Positions 38,419 to 50,497 are shown, counted from the whole stretch's first letter. The stretch: DNA of 63,646 nucleotides, filler included, from Olpidium bornovanus S191 (GCA_017911155.1; 25 parts of 25 records of this genome joined end to end with filler, not necessarily neighbours in it), one strand, 5' to 3'. Notes: generated by a model not told the origin, from the sequence alone. Translations and numbers: made by a program.

Positions 38419-39265
38419 CCAGATGAAAACGAACGTGAGCCGGGTCTCGCCCCGCGCGTACTCCAGGAGCTCAAGGACCTAATTACCGTCTTACTCAAGC
38501 CTGACGCGGCCTCCCGGCCGTCGGTGGACGACATCATGAAAATCATCGGCGACCGGCGGCCCAGGATGCGATCGGCGTCGTTAGATCCGCAGCACGTTAG
38601 TTTTTTTCTTTTCTGCTTTTCGGGTGCCACTCGTGCGAAAAGTTCCTTGGGAGGGACTGACCCGGGTTGCGCTCCCAGGGCTCGGCGACTCCCCAACGTT
38701 CGCGCGGGAGCGGACCGTATACGGATAGTTTGCAGATTCTTCCTCTGTCGCCGCCCCAGTCGATTTCGCCTATTGCGAACGGTCGGCTGGGCAAACAGCC
38801 GTCCGCGGAGGAAGACCGATGGACCGACGAGCGCCCCGCTTTTGTTAAATCAAGACTGCTGAACGCGGAGGCGGACGGCGCGGCGGCCCGCGCCACCGCA
38901 AGACGGCATATTCGCGCGAGGAGTACGCTGGACCCGTTCACGGGGAAGGCCCGCGCCCGCGTCGTCCAGGACCTGCGGACGAGCGAGCACGACGGCGGCG
39001 ACGTCCCGACCTCGGTCGCCAGCAGCGAAGAGACGGACTCGGCCTTCGGGTGGAGCGCAGACACGTCACTCGATTCGCTGCGCGAGAGAGCGGAGGCCTC
39101 TTTCCGCCGGCGGGCCAGTTCCGCACGGGACGCTGTGCCACCGGCGTTTGCGGACCCCCTGGCCGAGTTGACGAAACCGCCAGGCAGCACGCTGTGCCGG
39201 CGGAAAACGGAATCCAGAACCAAGAGCGCCAGTCCGGCGAGCCGGACGATATCGAACGACTTGAG
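38419..39265 (+). CDS. Protein kinase C-terminal lobe and low-complexity tail (partial)
   Basis: LQELKDLITVLLKPDAASRPSVDDIMKII is kinase subdomain XI. After an intron comes a long Ser/Arg-rich exon. Confidence 0.6.
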
Positions 39266-40753
39266 GTTTGTTTCCCCCCCCCCCCTTTCCACATAAGAAT
39301 GGGGCGAACGATACTGACAACACGCGGGGGACGTTCCCTTTCCTGGTCCAGCAGGCCGTGGAGCCAGTGGGACGAAGAAACATTCGCGGAGGGCGACGCG
39401 GAGCTGGCGCAGGTTAGGAGTCGCGCAAGCGAACGGCGTTGGTTGGCAAGCCGGGGAAACTGCGGTTGTCCCGATTTTGGTCTCGAGCTTTTGCAATCTC
39501 ACAATGCGCGCGCCTCGGACAGCACTACTACGGCCGGGACATGACGCTGATGCGCCGCCCCCGCAGGCCGGGCCGCGGCAAGTGGGCGATCATGCACAGG
39601 CTGCTGCCCGCCCCGGAAAACCCCCGTCCCGACGGTTTCCTGGCGTCAATGGGGCAGTACTTTGCGGCGGATACGGCTTCCGGAAAAGCGGCGGGCCTCG
39701 TCGTCGCTGGATTGATGGTGGGTGGATTTGTTGGATATGTCAAGGATCGAAGTCGCGCTGCTCCATTTGAGCGTTCTGCGCGTACGCCAGTACGCGCAAC
39801 CCTTTCGTGAACTAACAGTGGTGCGACCGGTACCGCTCCAACACCGGTCCTCTTGATAGATTGTCAGCTGTACGGCGACTTGCTACCCATACGCGCCGTC
39901 CCCGGGTGTCTTCTATCCGGTCGTACTGCTGGCATTGGCCCAGCTCTACAGGTCAGTAGTCTTTCCCGAGTTTTGTCCCGTTTGCAAAAATCGTTTCGTC
40001 CGGCGAGGATTGTTGACGGTACACCGCAAACGAGTTGATGACGGCGCCTGGTTTTTCCTCTCTGTCATTACGCGGGAAGACCCGACCTGTTCTTCCCGCT
40101 GTTGGCGCCTGCGATCTACGTCGCGTTCCTGTTCGTCATGGNNNNNNNNNNNNNNNNNNNNNNNNNNNNNNNNNNNNNNNNNNNNTTAATTAATTAANNN
40201 NNNNNNNNNNNNNNNNNNNNNNNNNNNNNNNNNNNNNNNNNCCCCCCCGGGGGGGCTTTCCCCCCCCCCCCCCCCTCCTTCACGACTCACCCGGGTGCGC
40301 AGACCTTCAGAGGATCGCGGCGCATTGATGTTACTCGGAAAACTTGCCTCGTAAATTGACCGCGGCGACGGATCAGCAAGGAGCGCGCTGCGTTCAAGAC
40401 ACACACTCGGGCGTCCGCGCAGATCGCCAAGAGTGGGGGGGAGTCGGGGTGGTGGTACATTCGAGGGCACAGGCTCTTCGGATGATCAGGTTCCTCCAGG
40501 GCGGCGCCACCACCCCCTCCCCCACACATACACACACACACTCCCCCCGGCACGGCTGGAATCCCGTTCGTTTTCCGCACGCGCAGCTCCAGCGTGGTTC
40601 CGCGGGGCGCGCGAGGGGCTATTCTGCTGCCTTCCGCGCCGTTTTCGTTCCGCGGCATGCGCAGGCGAGCGGGTAAAGCCTTCTGCGGCCCGATTCACCG
40701 GCGGATAAGGGGGACGGCGCCCGGCGGGGCCGCTTCGGGCGCAACGCCGGGGG

Positions 40754-40801
<48 letters not shown>

Positions 40802-40942
40802 CGCGGGCAGGGAGGCGGCGGGGGTCCGGTTCTTGCCAAAGTCGTGTTCACGTGCCCGTCCGCTCCTCTTTCCCCCAACCCCCCCGCCAGTCGACTTCCT
40901 GAGGCAGAACTCTCGCGGGCCCCCGGGAAGCGACGACCGGGC

Positions 40943-40983
<41 letters not shown>

Positions 40984-43234
40984 CACGGCGGCGGCGGCAA
41001 GGACGAAGGACGTGCCCGAAGCGAAAGCCCGCGGGCTCCGCGTGCGCCCTCTCGCCGCCGGACGCGGACCGTCCGCCTCGGGGGGCGCGCGATCGCGATC
41101 CGAGATCGTCACCCGCGACGCGAACGCTCACACCGCCGGGGAGCAAAAGACCGCGCGCCCCGCACACACGCTCGCGGGCGCCGCTTTGCCGACCGCGGCC
41201 GCCGTTCCGCGCCCGGCGCCGCGCGCACGGGGCTTCCTCCTTCCCCCCCCGCCCGCGCGCGTCACCAACGTGCCGCCGTGAGAGAGGACAGCGCTCCCGC
41301 CTCCGCCCGGGGCCTTCGCCTTTTGCGACGGCTCAGCCCGCGCCCCGCGATCTGATCGCGGGACGACGACTCGCGAAGCGCGGCCCGCCGTCCTCGGCGG
41401 CCGCCCCGGCGCCGCGACGCCGACGCTGCCGACGAACAGTTGAGCGCACACGACTCGCGGCGCAGCGTTGCCGGCTGCCAGGCTGAAGAACTCCTTGCCC
41501 CGCCACGACTGCTCCTCCTCCCCCAGGCGGCTGAGCAACGAGAAGACAATCGGCCGGCTTTTGCCGCACGGTGCTTACGCACAAAACAGCGGGCTTTCTG
41601 CCTGGAACGCGGAACGATATGAAGGGGTGGCAACGCACTTTCGTCCAGGCGCTGCGCAGCAAAGGCAAGTTGAGTTCTTGACCGCCCGTGGCGCTGGCGA
41701 GTTTCAATATTTTCCATTTAAAAGACAAAACAGACTTTCCTTGGAAGGCGTAACACGACTTTATGAACTAAGTACGGAAAACTGCATCAATAACCGGCAG
41801 TCAACAAGTTGTTCGTCCGGTCCGAGATTATGTTGTCAAAGCCTATTCGAGAGCATTTATTTACGAACACCGTGAGTGCTGCAATTTCGTCCTCGGACTG
41901 TAGCCGCATGAACGCTAAACGCAACAACCGTTGAGAAGCGTTTGACTATGCGATATCCTGACGCGGTCAGGAAGGAAGCAGGGTGATGTTTGCACCACTC
42001 ACAGACCGTTTATTTGCATGTACCGACGGCAGAAGGCAAATGGGTTACACAGGAAATTGTATCCGGGGTGCTTTTTCCGGCATCGAAACACGAAGCATTG
42101 CAGTTCCCCTCCCGTCCTCCCACGCTCTCCTGAGGGTTAAATTACATTAGGTATTGCGTGATATGTCTTGCAGGGCCAGATGTAAATTGGATGTTAGATT
42201 TCACGAGTGTTGATGTTTGGACGCAATCGCTTTCCAGTGCCGGGCGGCGGGATAAAACTGCTCATGGAATGTTTGCCGGCCGCCGCGTCCAAGCGAACCG
42301 TGCGGTGCGGAACCCGCGAGCCTGCCGGAATGACGGTGCGGTCGGCGAGGACGTCAACCGTCGAACGTTAAAGAGCTGAGCCGCTCCCAATCCTATCGCC
42401 TCAGACAGTTTCCGATCTTGCGTAGAACGTCATTCTCAGCCTCGGTGAAGTAACGGTACATCGTTGCTGTTTTGGGCACTCCGCCGTCACGTCCCGAACT
42501 ATAAATACAAAGAACTCGGGAGCTTGCGCGAATCGGCATTGGGACGCTCTTGCAGTCGTTAAGCCATACGCCAGTTAAGCCAACCGTGTCCACATATTTT
42601 TCTGGACCCGAAGTTCGCCGTAGCAGCCGGAGACAAAGTCTCCGCGGGGCTGGCAAAAAAAGGCTGGTTCGGCGGCGCGGGGCGCATTAGCTTTTGCCCG
42701 ATTCGCGGCAAAACAAACTTCTCACCCGAGCGTTCGTCGCCGGGTGCCGCATCGTCCGTCGGGAAAAAAAAAAGAAGAAAAAAAAGAAAAAAAAAAACTG
42801 CAAGCGACCGCACGCGGGAAGCGCCCGGCGCCCAACATCTTTCCCGGCACCCAATGACGCCAGAAACAAATTGCGTCGTAGTTTTGCGGGATCGCCGGGG
42901 AAACCTTTTGTATAATCCGGAACGCGGGCGTCGCCTAAAACCGATCTAGCCGAGTATGAAAAAGGGGAGCCGCCCCGTCCTCTCGGCGCATTTCGTGCAA
43001 ACGAAGATGGCGTGAAATTAGATGCCCCCCGGCGCAGACAGACGGTGGGTGGCAAAAGAACCTCAGCAAAAGCGGCGGGGCATATAAGGAATGTCCCGGG
43101 GGCGAAAACCCCGGGCGACTCACGCACTCCCACCTTAGTTGCCGCAGAAAACATACCCGAGTCGCAGGGCATCTCCTCACCTCGCCCCGCACGTCCCTCC
43201 GGCGCGAGGGCAGCCCGGGACCATCTTCCTCAAC

Positions 43235-44404
43235 ATGCTCTCCATCAAGCCGCTGCTGTCGGGCCTTCTGGTACCGGTTCTCGGGCTGCTGATGGCGGCC
43301 CGGGGGGAACCGGATTTCATACCGTCGACTTCGTACCTGGCGAATTCGATTTTTCTGGACACGCTCCACCGGGTCGACCCGTGCCTGATCGAAGAAGGAA
43401 CGGTTTCCGGGGCGGAAGTGCCCCGCCGGATCCTGAGGTTTGGGACGCTCATAACGAACCGGGGGACGGACGATTACATCCTGGGCGCCGTGCCACGGAA
43501 CCGGACCGGCGTCATCCCGCCCTGGTGGGAGTTCAGCACCTGCCACGGTGAGTTTTTTGGCCCCCCGAGAAAGCCAGGGTTTCGCGAACGGTTTCTTACG
43601 GTTTCTTCGGGCGTCTTGACGGCTTTTTCTTTTGTTGACGCGGCGCATTGACCTTTTCCCCCGGCACGCCCCTCCTCAGGCCATTGGGTACGCCAGCCGG
43701 CGACATTGAATTCCCGCGGGCGCCGACCGGTGACGTGTGAGCCACGGCTGACTGGCAGGCGCTTTACACTTTTTTCCGCAGCACTTCCTCGGGTACGCGC
43801 GTTACGCGCTGGTCGAGTACATTGACCCTCAAACTCGGGTAAGATAATCGGGAGCGAGGGGCGGAAGGGGGGGGAGGGGGGAGAAGGGGGGAAAAGGGAG
43901 CGGGATTGGTTGGATTATGGAACGTTTGCGAGCAGCTTTGGACTAACGGAAGAGACGGGATGACCGAGCAGCCGAGCACGGAAAACCTTACGATTGTCGC
44001 ACGCGGCCACAAAATGGGGTTCTGCGTCTCGGACCTCTTGGTAAGCCGACGGCTCTTATTTTATTTTTTATTTTTTTTTTTTTTTTCCTTACCGGCTAAT
44101 TGAGGAGTCGGGCTCTTTCTTTCCTTTTTTTTTCCTTCTTTTCTGCCGGCATTCTCACGGGCGCCCCGCAGTGCTCCACAGGGGTGCAACCAAAATTTAC
44201 TTGCACGTACCAGGGGATCAGCGCAAACTGCGGCGACATCTACCACGCGATGGTCGGTGAAGATGAGTGTTCGCGAGAGAAGGGGGGTGGTCGCAGTTCG
44301 CGGTGTCCAGGGAAAATTTTCTGGAAGCTCAACTCCGGCCCCGTTATCTTATCTATAAAAAAAAAACACCGCCCCTGTAAACCAGCTGGACGGCCAGTGG
44401 ATCG
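43235..44404 (+). CDS. LOX: Secreted lysyl oxidase (LOX) domain protein, at least 6 exons, truncated by gap
   Basis: Exons 43235-43547, 43680-43687, 43782-43838, 43936-44040, 44172-44252 and 44386-gap give a signal peptide, PDF, RRILRF...NRGTDD, WEFSTCHGHWH, RGHKMGFC, QGISANCGDIY and LDGQWI. Confidence 0.9.
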
Positions 44405-44599
44405 NNNNNNNNNNNNNNNNNNNNNNNNNNNNNNNNNNNNNNNNNNNNTTAATTAATTAANNNNNNNNNNNNNNNNNNNNNNNNNNNNNNNNNNNNNNNN
44501 NNNNATTTCGATGACGGGGGGATTTTATGTCGGCGTGAAGAAGTAAAAAAAAAGGGGCAGAAAATCAAAACAAAAGGGGTCGAAGGGAAAATTGATGAA

Positions 44600-45280
44600 G
44601 CTATGCAAGTCGAGGGAAATCCATGGAATTATGCTAGTCGATCTTGACGGGCGGAAAAGCAGGGGATTCTGCACCGACAGGATGTCGACACAACACCCGT
44701 CGTCGACGCACTCGCCCGCGCGACCATTTGACGCCGACACCGTGCGCCATGTCGTGTGCCTGTTCCTCCGCGGGTGCCAGCTTATCGCCCGTCAGTGCGC
44801 TCCTCAAACATTCCGGGGCCCCCCAACTCTTCACGGAAATGGCCGATGTCTTGGTGGGTCCAGACCCATCCCCCCTCGCGCGCGGGGTCATTGGCTTTGC
44901 TCCCGTCAATGTAGCGACGTTCTTCAGGGTTGAATGGGCGGTCGCTCTTCCCATCCAAGGCTGCACTGAAACTTGCTGGCGAACTCCGGGATTTACGCTC
45001 GGAAGCGAAGGTGTTGATGATTTGATGGTGCCCCAACATCTGGCGACAGAGGGTCGGCTTGACGTAGGCGTGATGATAACGGTACACCATGAAAAAGAAA
45101 GCCGCCGCAGCGTCCTCGAGCCTGTCAGTCAAGTGTCGTCAAGCTCCTCTCGCTCTGCTTCAAGGGTGAGAGTGAGCAGCGCTGACCAGCGACGACGCTC
45201 GGAACATTTGAGTGTTGCCAGGTGCTCCTTGTTCCATCCGGAAAACTCGCAATTTTGCCTCGTGGGGGCGGACCATGCCC
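44600..45280 (-). mobile_element. Possible degraded non-LTR retrotransposon (RT thumb / RNase H) fragment
   Basis: YHHAYVKPTL resembles the LINE RT C-terminus and RYIDGSK resembles the first RNase H motif. Interrupted by stops. Weak. Confidence 0.3.
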
Positions 45281-45285
45281 CCTGT

Positions 45286-45691
45286 TGACCTGTTCTCTAG
45301 TCTGTGCCCCTCTTGGAGTTGGCTAGGTTCAATGATTCCAGTGTGGAATAATAGAAGGGGCCATGGCGGCCGCGGCCATGCCGGCTTGCGGGCATGCCTC
45401 CTAGTGGTCTTAGGTGCATTCTGGAGGCCTGAAAGCGGCCTACCAAACAAGCCTATACCCAGTCTTGTCTTGTGCCTGTGGGACAAGCTGTGTGGATTTG
45501 AAGTCAGCCTCCATGTTTAAACTGTGCTGAAATGAGAAACCGTGTCCTACCTTGGCTCACAAAGCAGCTAAAGACTTGTTTTTTATTTTGCAGCCTGTCT
45601 CGGCTCGCCGCTCACCTGCCTGACCTACTCTGTAGTCTGTGCTCCTCATGGGGTTGGCTAGGTTCAATGATTTCAGAGTGGAATCATAGAA
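45286..45691. repeat. 71-bp direct repeat pair (45286-45356 and 45621-45691)
   Basis: 9 mismatches in 71 by manual alignment; shared core GTTGGCTAGGTTCAATGATT. Confidence 0.85.
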
Positions 45692-45695
45692 CTTA

Positions 45696-45811
45696 TTCGG
45701 GTTTTCGGGTTTTCGGGTTTTCGGGTTTTCGGGTTTTCGGGTTTTCGGGTTTTCGGGTTTTCGGGTTTTCGGGTTTTCGGGTTTTCGGGTTTTCGGGTTT
45801 TCGGTTTTCGG
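45696..45811. repeat. Perfect 8-bp tandem array (CGGGTTTT)13 + 2 degenerate units
   Basis: CGGG every 8 nt from 45698 to 45794. Confidence 0.95.
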
Positions 45812-45829
45812 TGCCGGGTCACGGCCGCA

Positions 45830-46110
45830 CCGCCGGGCGCCGCCGCCGGGCACACCGGGCACACCGGACACACAGGGCGCCGCCGCCGGGCACACCGGGC
45901 ACACAGGGCGCCGCTGCCGGGCACACCGACCGCCGCCGCCGGGCACACCGGGCACAATGGACGGCGGACACCAGACACCGGGCACACCGGGCACTGCGGG
46001 CGCCGCCGCCGGGCTCACCGGGCGCCGCGTCAAGGCAGCGCCGCCGGGCACACCTGGCACACCGGGCACACCGGGCGCCGCCGCCGGGCAAACCGGGCAC
46101 ACAGGGCGCC
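45830..46110. repeat. GC-rich 9-bp-based minisatellite (CCGGGCACA / GCCGCCGCC units)
   Basis: Repeated CCGGGCACA mixed with GCCGCC; reads G-T-P repeats in one frame. Confidence 0.8.
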
Positions 46111-46499
46111 CCCGCCGGCCCCACCGAGGCGGCACCGCCTGCCCCCCCGGGGGCGGCCGCCAGTCACACTGGGTGTGGCCCAGTAGAACTGCACGTGACC
46201 CTTCTGCACGCCGTGTGTCTAGCAGTGGGAGCCAGCGCAGTGGCGAACCAGCATGGTGGCACCACAGCCGCAATATCGGCGAATTTCCCGCACGCTGTGA
46301 GGCTCGGAATATTCCCGAGCCCAACGCCATCTCTGGAGCTTGCTCAACACGAGCTGAAAGAAACCCCCCACTAAGCAGCTGTGTACGGCCCTAAGGATTG
46401 CATGCAGAATCGTAGTGCCTGGCTAACCCCACCAGGAGCATAGATTAAGAATAGGACAGGCAGGCCCCACCAGATTCTTTCCTCCTTGTGACAGAACCT

Positions 46500-47113
46500 A
46501 TGTCAGATTCCGCATTGTAATATCCGTCAAATTCCTGGTCGTCATCCCCGTCAGATTCCTGGTCGCCATCCCCGTCAGCTTCCAGTTCAAAATCCCAGTC
46601 ATATTCCGTGTTGAGATCCTCGTCAGATTCTGTATCATGTCAGATTCTACATCAGAACATCCTTCGGATTCAGAGTCAGAATCCCCATCAGAAACATTCG
46701 CTCAGAACCTCCGTCAGATTCTGTGTTAGACTCCCCTTCAGATTCTGCATCAGAATCCTCTTCAGAATCATTCCCTCGGGATCTCCATCTAATTTTGTGT
46801 CAGCATCTGCATCAAAATCTTTGCAAGATTCGGCGTCAGAGTCCACATCAGATTCGGCAGCAGAATCCACACCAGATTTTGCATTGATCCTCGTCAGAAC
46901 CAAACTGAAAAATATTGTCAGAATCATTTCCTCAGAATCCTTGTCAGATTCTGAATCAAAATCCTCGTCAGATTTTGCTTCAAAATCCCCGTCTGATTCT
47001 GCGTCAGAATCCCCTCCAAATTCTGGTCCGAATCCCTCCAGATTAGCATCTGAATCCTCCTCAGAATTTGCATTAGAGTCCTGGTCAGATTCTGTTTCAT
47101 AATCACTATCATG
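46500..47113. repeat. Degenerate 12-bp minisatellite (TCAGAATC / TCAGATTC-based), same family as 24440-25140
   Basis: Period-12 pattern. Minus-strand translation KSGVDSAAESDVDSDAESCKDFDAD parallels SEADSGTDCDADPSADSYANSNKDFGAD at the first locus. Confidence 0.7.
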
Positions 47114-47213
47114 NNNNNNNNNNNNNNNNNNNNNNNNNNNNNNNNNNNNNNNNNNNNTTAATTAATTAANNNNNNNNNNNNNNNNNNNNNNNNNNNNNNN
47201 NNNNNNNNNNNNN

Positions 47214-47251
<38 letters not shown>

Positions 47252-47299
47252 AAAAAAATTACCTGCACACGCCCCACCTTCCCCCCCGCCGTCTCTAAA

Positions 47300-49169
47300 A
47301 TGTCGTCGTCACCTCCCCTGCCCCGCCACGCGCACGGCCCCCCGCAGTGCCTCGCCGCCGGGAAGGGGAGTCCTGGGCACGGGGTGGTAGGCACGTCAGA
47401 CAGCGGGAAGAGGAAGAGGAGGAAGAGGACGAGCCCCGCGATCCCGCGGTCGGAGCCCCTGCTGCCGAGGCCTGGGCGGATGGAGACTGTCGACCTGCGG
47501 AACCCCTTGCCGCGAAGCAACCCCGGCCTCGCCAACCTCGCCAACATCGTCGCGCGATGCTCGCGATGCGTGGCGGTCATCGGTTCGTGCCGCTGGGTGG
47601 GAAGAAGGGGGAGGTAGCTCGTCTCGCCCCCGCCGTCGGTCACCTCCGGATCTTAGGGTGAACAATAGTTACTTCCGCCTGCGCATTGACTTTTCCTGGC
47701 TCTCCTTCGCAAGGTGCGGGCGTTTCGGTCTCCAGCGGCCTGCCAGATTTCCGCTCGCCCGACGGCCTCTTTCAGCTTCTCTCCAGAAAGTACCCGAGGT
47801 CGATCGTCAGTGGCCGGGACCTGTTCGATGCCTCGCTTTTCAGAGTCAGTACTCCACCCTTGGCTCCCTCGCCCCCTCTCCCCCCCACCCCCCACCCTCA
47901 CCCACCCCCCGTTTGCGCCATTTTGCATTCTCCTTCCTTTATTGGGGATTGCTCAAAAAGTATTGTCCTGCGGCTACGCCGTCTCGCAGGACGAGACGTC
48001 TGCGAAACTGTTCTTCAACTTTGTGGGAGAGTTTAAGGAGCTGGTAGACAACGCGTCGTGCACGCCGACCCACTTATTCCTGCGGAAGCTGGACGAGAGA
48101 GGACAGCTCCTGCGGTGCTACTCCCAAAACATTGATTGTCTGGAGGAGCAGGCCGGCTTGGCCACGTCCTTCAGGGACAAGATTTCTACCACCAAAGAAC
48201 CTGAAGGCGAAAATACCAAAGGGCCCCGTCTTTTGGCTGAGCAGCGTAAGCGCGCCACGCGGAGGTCGGCGCCTGAGTCGCCGCGGGCGGTGCAGCTTCA
48301 TGGCAACCTGGCCAAAGTGGTGTGCACGCGGTGTAGAACCCGCCGGGACTTTGACGCGACGGTGATCTCGGCGTTCAAGAGCGGCTTGGCGCCGGAGGGC
48401 GCCGACTGCTGCGAGCACGAGTCTGCCCGATCCGCCGCAGGACTGCGGCCAAAAGGCGTAGGGATCATGCGTCCGGACGTCGTCCTGTACAACGAGTTTC
48501 ATCCATTCGGCGTGAGTTCTGTGGCCCGATTTAAAAATATTTGCCTGGCGACATGTTACCAGATACGCGCACCATTGCGAGCGGCAGCTAACTCGGCAGC
48601 GCGAAAATCGTCTTCTGGCCAATCTCCCCGTAAACCGCTTTTCCGAAACGCGGATTTTGCTGTTCGCACGCGAAAAAATTTCTATGTCCGATTCCGCCAG
48701 GAACGCATTGGCGATATCAGCACCGCTGACATCCGCAATCGGCCGGATCTCCTCCTGGTCATGGGCACGTCGCTCAAAGTCCCGGGCGTCCGACGGCTAA
48801 TCAAAGAGATGTCGCGTGCCGTGCGCGCGACTCAGCGCGGGCGGACCGTCCTGGTGAACCGCGAGCCGCCCGCAGACCTAGGGTGCTGGGCGTCGGTGTT
48901 CGACTACCTCGTTCTGGGCGACGCGGACGCCGCCGTGGATGCGTTCGAGGGCAAGTTGGACGGGTTGTTACGCGCGCCGGCGGAGGTCCCACGGGGAGAG
49001 GAGAAGGGCGAGGACGACGATGACTTCCAAACCTCCCGCGCCCGGCCGCATGTCAGGATGAAATCGCATCTTGGGGGTTTGGCACGCGTGGTGTTGGAAG
49101 GAGGCGCTGAAAAGTTCGGCGCGAATCCCCAACCTGTCTCCCCGCCTCCTCTGCCGAGTGGACACGGTG
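47300..49169 (+). CDS. HST3: NAD-dependent deacetylase, Hst3/Hst4-type sirtuin (3' end at gap)
   Basis: CVAVIG/AGVSVSSGLPDFRS, TPTHLFL, RCYSQNID.LE, QLHG, RPDVVLYNE, PDLLLVMGTSLKVPG, VLVN. Confidence 0.9.
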
Positions 49170-49437
49170 NNNNNNNNNNNNNNNNNNNNNNNNNNNNNNN
49201 NNNNNNNNNNNNNTTAATTAATTAANNNNNNNNNNNNNNNNNNNNNNNNNNNNNNNNNNNNNNNNNNNNAGGGGCCCCAACCCCCCCCCCCCCCCCCCTC
49301 TTCAGAAAACGTCCGGGATCGCGAAAAGGGCGCGGGCCTCCAGGAAAAGCCAAGGATCGAGACCGGGAAGGGGACGCGTTGGTTCCCCGGATTGGGCAGA
49401 GAGCGAAGGGCGGTACCACAGCGCGCGACAGCGACAC

Positions 49438-50242
49438 ATGTTTCTGGCCGTGCTGGTGTGGTCGCTGGCGCGGCGATTGCTCAGAGTCAACGCTCAGTCC
49501 AGCGCCTCGGCTTGGATGCTCTTCCCGCCTACGCGCTCGAGGTCTGATCTGTCGGGGAGTGGCTGCAAGGCTCCGGAATGTCCCGGCCCCTGCGATGGCC
49601 AATACAACTCGTCCGCCGCATCGGCTATTCCGATAGCCAGGGGAGAGCTGTTGCAGATCACGTGGCCGCGTAACGGCCACCCAGGTGCGTTCGCAACGTC
49701 AGTTCGAGGTGCTCGCGAAGGACCCGCCCGGAGCTGGGCATAGCCGGTGTCGATCGATCACGGCTTCCAAAGGTTTCGACTGGTTTTTTATTCCAGCTAA
49801 TTAGCGTACGATGACTTTTATTCTGCCCGATCGCGCCTAAACGGGCTGCACTCTTCGGCCTGGAAGGCGGCTTTATCCGGCTTTCCCTCGTGCCAGCCGC
49901 ATCAAGCGGGAACGCCACGGCGTTCGACGACGCCGCATCGCTGATCGTGTGCGCCGAAAGCGAATGGTTGGTGAGGCCTGCCCTTCAAAATGCCTGAGCG
50001 TTTCAGCAGTCGGCTGAACCTTGGAATTATCTTGTTCCTCGGCCAGCAGCTACCCGCCAAACCCAATCAACACGACGTCGAAGTTAACCGACAATGCGTT
50101 GTGCCGAACAACTTTCACTGTCCCTTCAAACGCGCAGAACGGCCCAGCCACGCTCCAATGGCTTTATTGGGGCGGAGGCCCCGTCATGGCACAGTACTAC
50201 TCCTGTGCCGATTTGCTAGTCGAAGGCGGCAGTGGTGGGTAG
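49438..50242 (+). CDS. Small secreted LPMO-like (copper monooxygenase fold) protein, 3 exons
   Basis: Exons 49438-49684, 49867-49966 and ~50050-50242. Hydrophobic N-terminus, WMLFPPTR, GPC, ITWPRNGHPGGFIRLSLVP, C..TFTVP...GPATLQWLYWGG, QYYSCADL. Confidence 0.6.
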
Positions 50243-50405
50243 AGAGAGAAGCCGCGCGATCTTTGTTTGAGAAAAGCCGGTGTGCNNNNNNNNNNNNNNN
50301 NNNNNNNNNNNNNNNNNNNNNNNNNNNNNTTAATTAATTAANNNNNNNNNNNNNNNNNNNNNNNNNNNNNNNNNNNNNNNNNNNNATTTTTTTTTTTTTC
50401 TCTTT

Positions 50406-50474
<69 letters not shown>

Positions 50475-50497
50475 ACAACGGCACAACGCCCATAAAG

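Noticed and set aside
40242-42700. Multiple ORFs upstream of LOX
   Set aside because: Low-complexity GC-rich frames with no motif I could assign.
43235-46110. LOX next to collagen-like (G-T-P)n repeats as an enzyme-substrate pair
   Set aside because: A gap at 44405 separates them. The G-T-P frame has no signal peptide or lysines and looks like a minisatellite.
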